From Candidatus Micrarchaeia archaeon (GTDB lineage Archaea > Micrarchaeota > Micrarchaeia > Burarchaeales > JAVZCV01): 16,099 bases of DNA. The notes under the pieces were generated by a model, which did not search any database, was not told the DNA's origin, and was given only the letters and a program-made list of their open reading frames with translations. Positions within the stretch are counted from its first letter, which is position 1. Each line of letters opens with the position of its first letter. A program made the position numbers and the translations under genes. This document shows positions 15,439 to 16,099 of the stretch, one piece after another. The stretch lies in the NCBI GenBank assembly GCA_038874215.1, contig JAVZCV010000015.1:12096-28194 (forward strand). Direction: 5' to 3'.

Positions 15439-16099
15439 ATGCCTGAAAGGGAGAACAATCCTAACGCCGCGGGTGGGAGTCTAGGTCTGGGTAAGAAGAT
15501 ATTGGATCTTATTCGCAAAGCTGGTGAGGGAGTGGTTCGAAAGCTGAGAGCAGTGGGGAATAAAGCGGCACAGATGGCAAAAAATTTGGGAGGAAAGATA
15601 CCTCAGGCGCTAAAAGGCATGGTAATAAAAATACCACAAATAGCAAGAAAAGTACCACGTATTGTAAAAAATGCGGCTTTGGTTACGATTATTGCTGTTG
15701 GCATTGATGCTGCCATTAGTTATTTTGGATCAAAGTTAGTACGGCCAGAAAAGCCCGATGAGAAGCGTGATAATGCACAGAAACAAAATATGACGCCAGC
15801 GCATGACAATAAATCTGCGCAAAAACCACAAGAAAATTATGTTCCGCCGACAGGAAGGGGTGGTGGTTCAGGTGACAAAAGGACTGAGAGACAGACTACT
15901 ACTCCACCTGCGCAAAAACCACAAGAAAATTATGTTCCGCCGACAGGAAGGGGTGGTGGTTCAGGTGACAAAAGGACTGAGAGACAGACTACTACTCCAC
16001 CTGCGCAAAAACCACAAGAAAATTATGTTCCGCCGACAGGAAGGGGTGGTGGTTCAGGTGACAAAAGGACTGAGAGACAGACTACTACTCCACCTGCGC
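15439..16099 (+). CDS. Hypothetical membrane-associated protein with tandem-repeat disordered region, 3'-truncated (absent from ORF track)
   Basis: Manual translation gives 220 open codons to the window end: MPERENNPNAAGGSLGLGKKILDLIRKAG...AALVTIIAVGIDAAISYFG...(AQKPQENYVPPTGRGGGSGDKRTERQTTTPP)x3. TATA and RBS lie upstream. Confidence 0.8.
   Translation, partial: MPERENNPNAAGGSLGLGKKILDLIRKAGEGVVRKLRAVGNKAAQMAKNLGGKIPQALKGMVIKIPQIARKVPRIVKNAALVTIIAVGIDAAISYFGSKLVRPEKPDEKRDNAQKQNMTPAHDNKSAQKPQENYVPPTGRGGGSGDKRTERQTTTPPAQKPQENYVPPTGRGGGSGDKRTERQTTTPPAQKPQENYVPPTGRGGGSGDKRTERQTTTPPA
15815..16099 (+). repeat. Perfect 93-bp tandem repeat, 3 full copies plus 6 nt of a fourth
   Basis: Units start at 15815, 15908, 16001 and 16094 (CTGCGCAAAAACCACAAG...ACTACTACTCCAC). 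I found no mismatches between copies, and there are no spacers. Confidence 0.97.

Noticed and set aside
15327-15518. 63-aa minus-strand ORF
   Set aside because: It lacks a convincing start or RBS, and it overlaps the promoter and 5' end of the better-supported + strand ORF at 15439.
15815-16099. CRISPR array
   Set aside because: The units are fully identical 93-mers with no unique spacers, they keep a reading frame, and no cas genes are present.

Overview
Gene-dense archaeal chromosomal segment. Archaeal origin is supported by aRF1, GGTGA/GGTGG ribosome-binding sites, TATA boxes and a Methanococcales-type S-layer protein. A DPANN/Micrarchaeota-like and possibly thermophilic host is my inference only. 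The + strand (1-5119) carries a tightly coupled run: class V PLP aminotransferase (5'-truncated, SerC-like), short SerA, a methanogen-type Zn-dependent seryl-tRNA synthetase, a beta-carbonic anhydrase and aRF1. The - strand (5121-11902) carries the S-layer gene, two uncharacterised membrane proteins that share a 4-Cys domain, then nadX-nadA. The S-layer leader has a TATA box, a 10-bp 5' hairpin and two interleaved 8-bp helices in pseudoknot topology just before the RBS. Next come a small pilin-like ORF and a 901-aa protein with about 10 TM segments fused to two Cdc48-D2-like AAA+ modules. The window ends in an ORF missing from the supplied track (15439->end), with an 11-residue-periodic amphipathic N-terminus, a hydrophobic anchor and at least 3 perfect 93-bp (31-aa) tandem repeats. 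No rRNA, tRNA, CRISPR array or mobile element was recognised.
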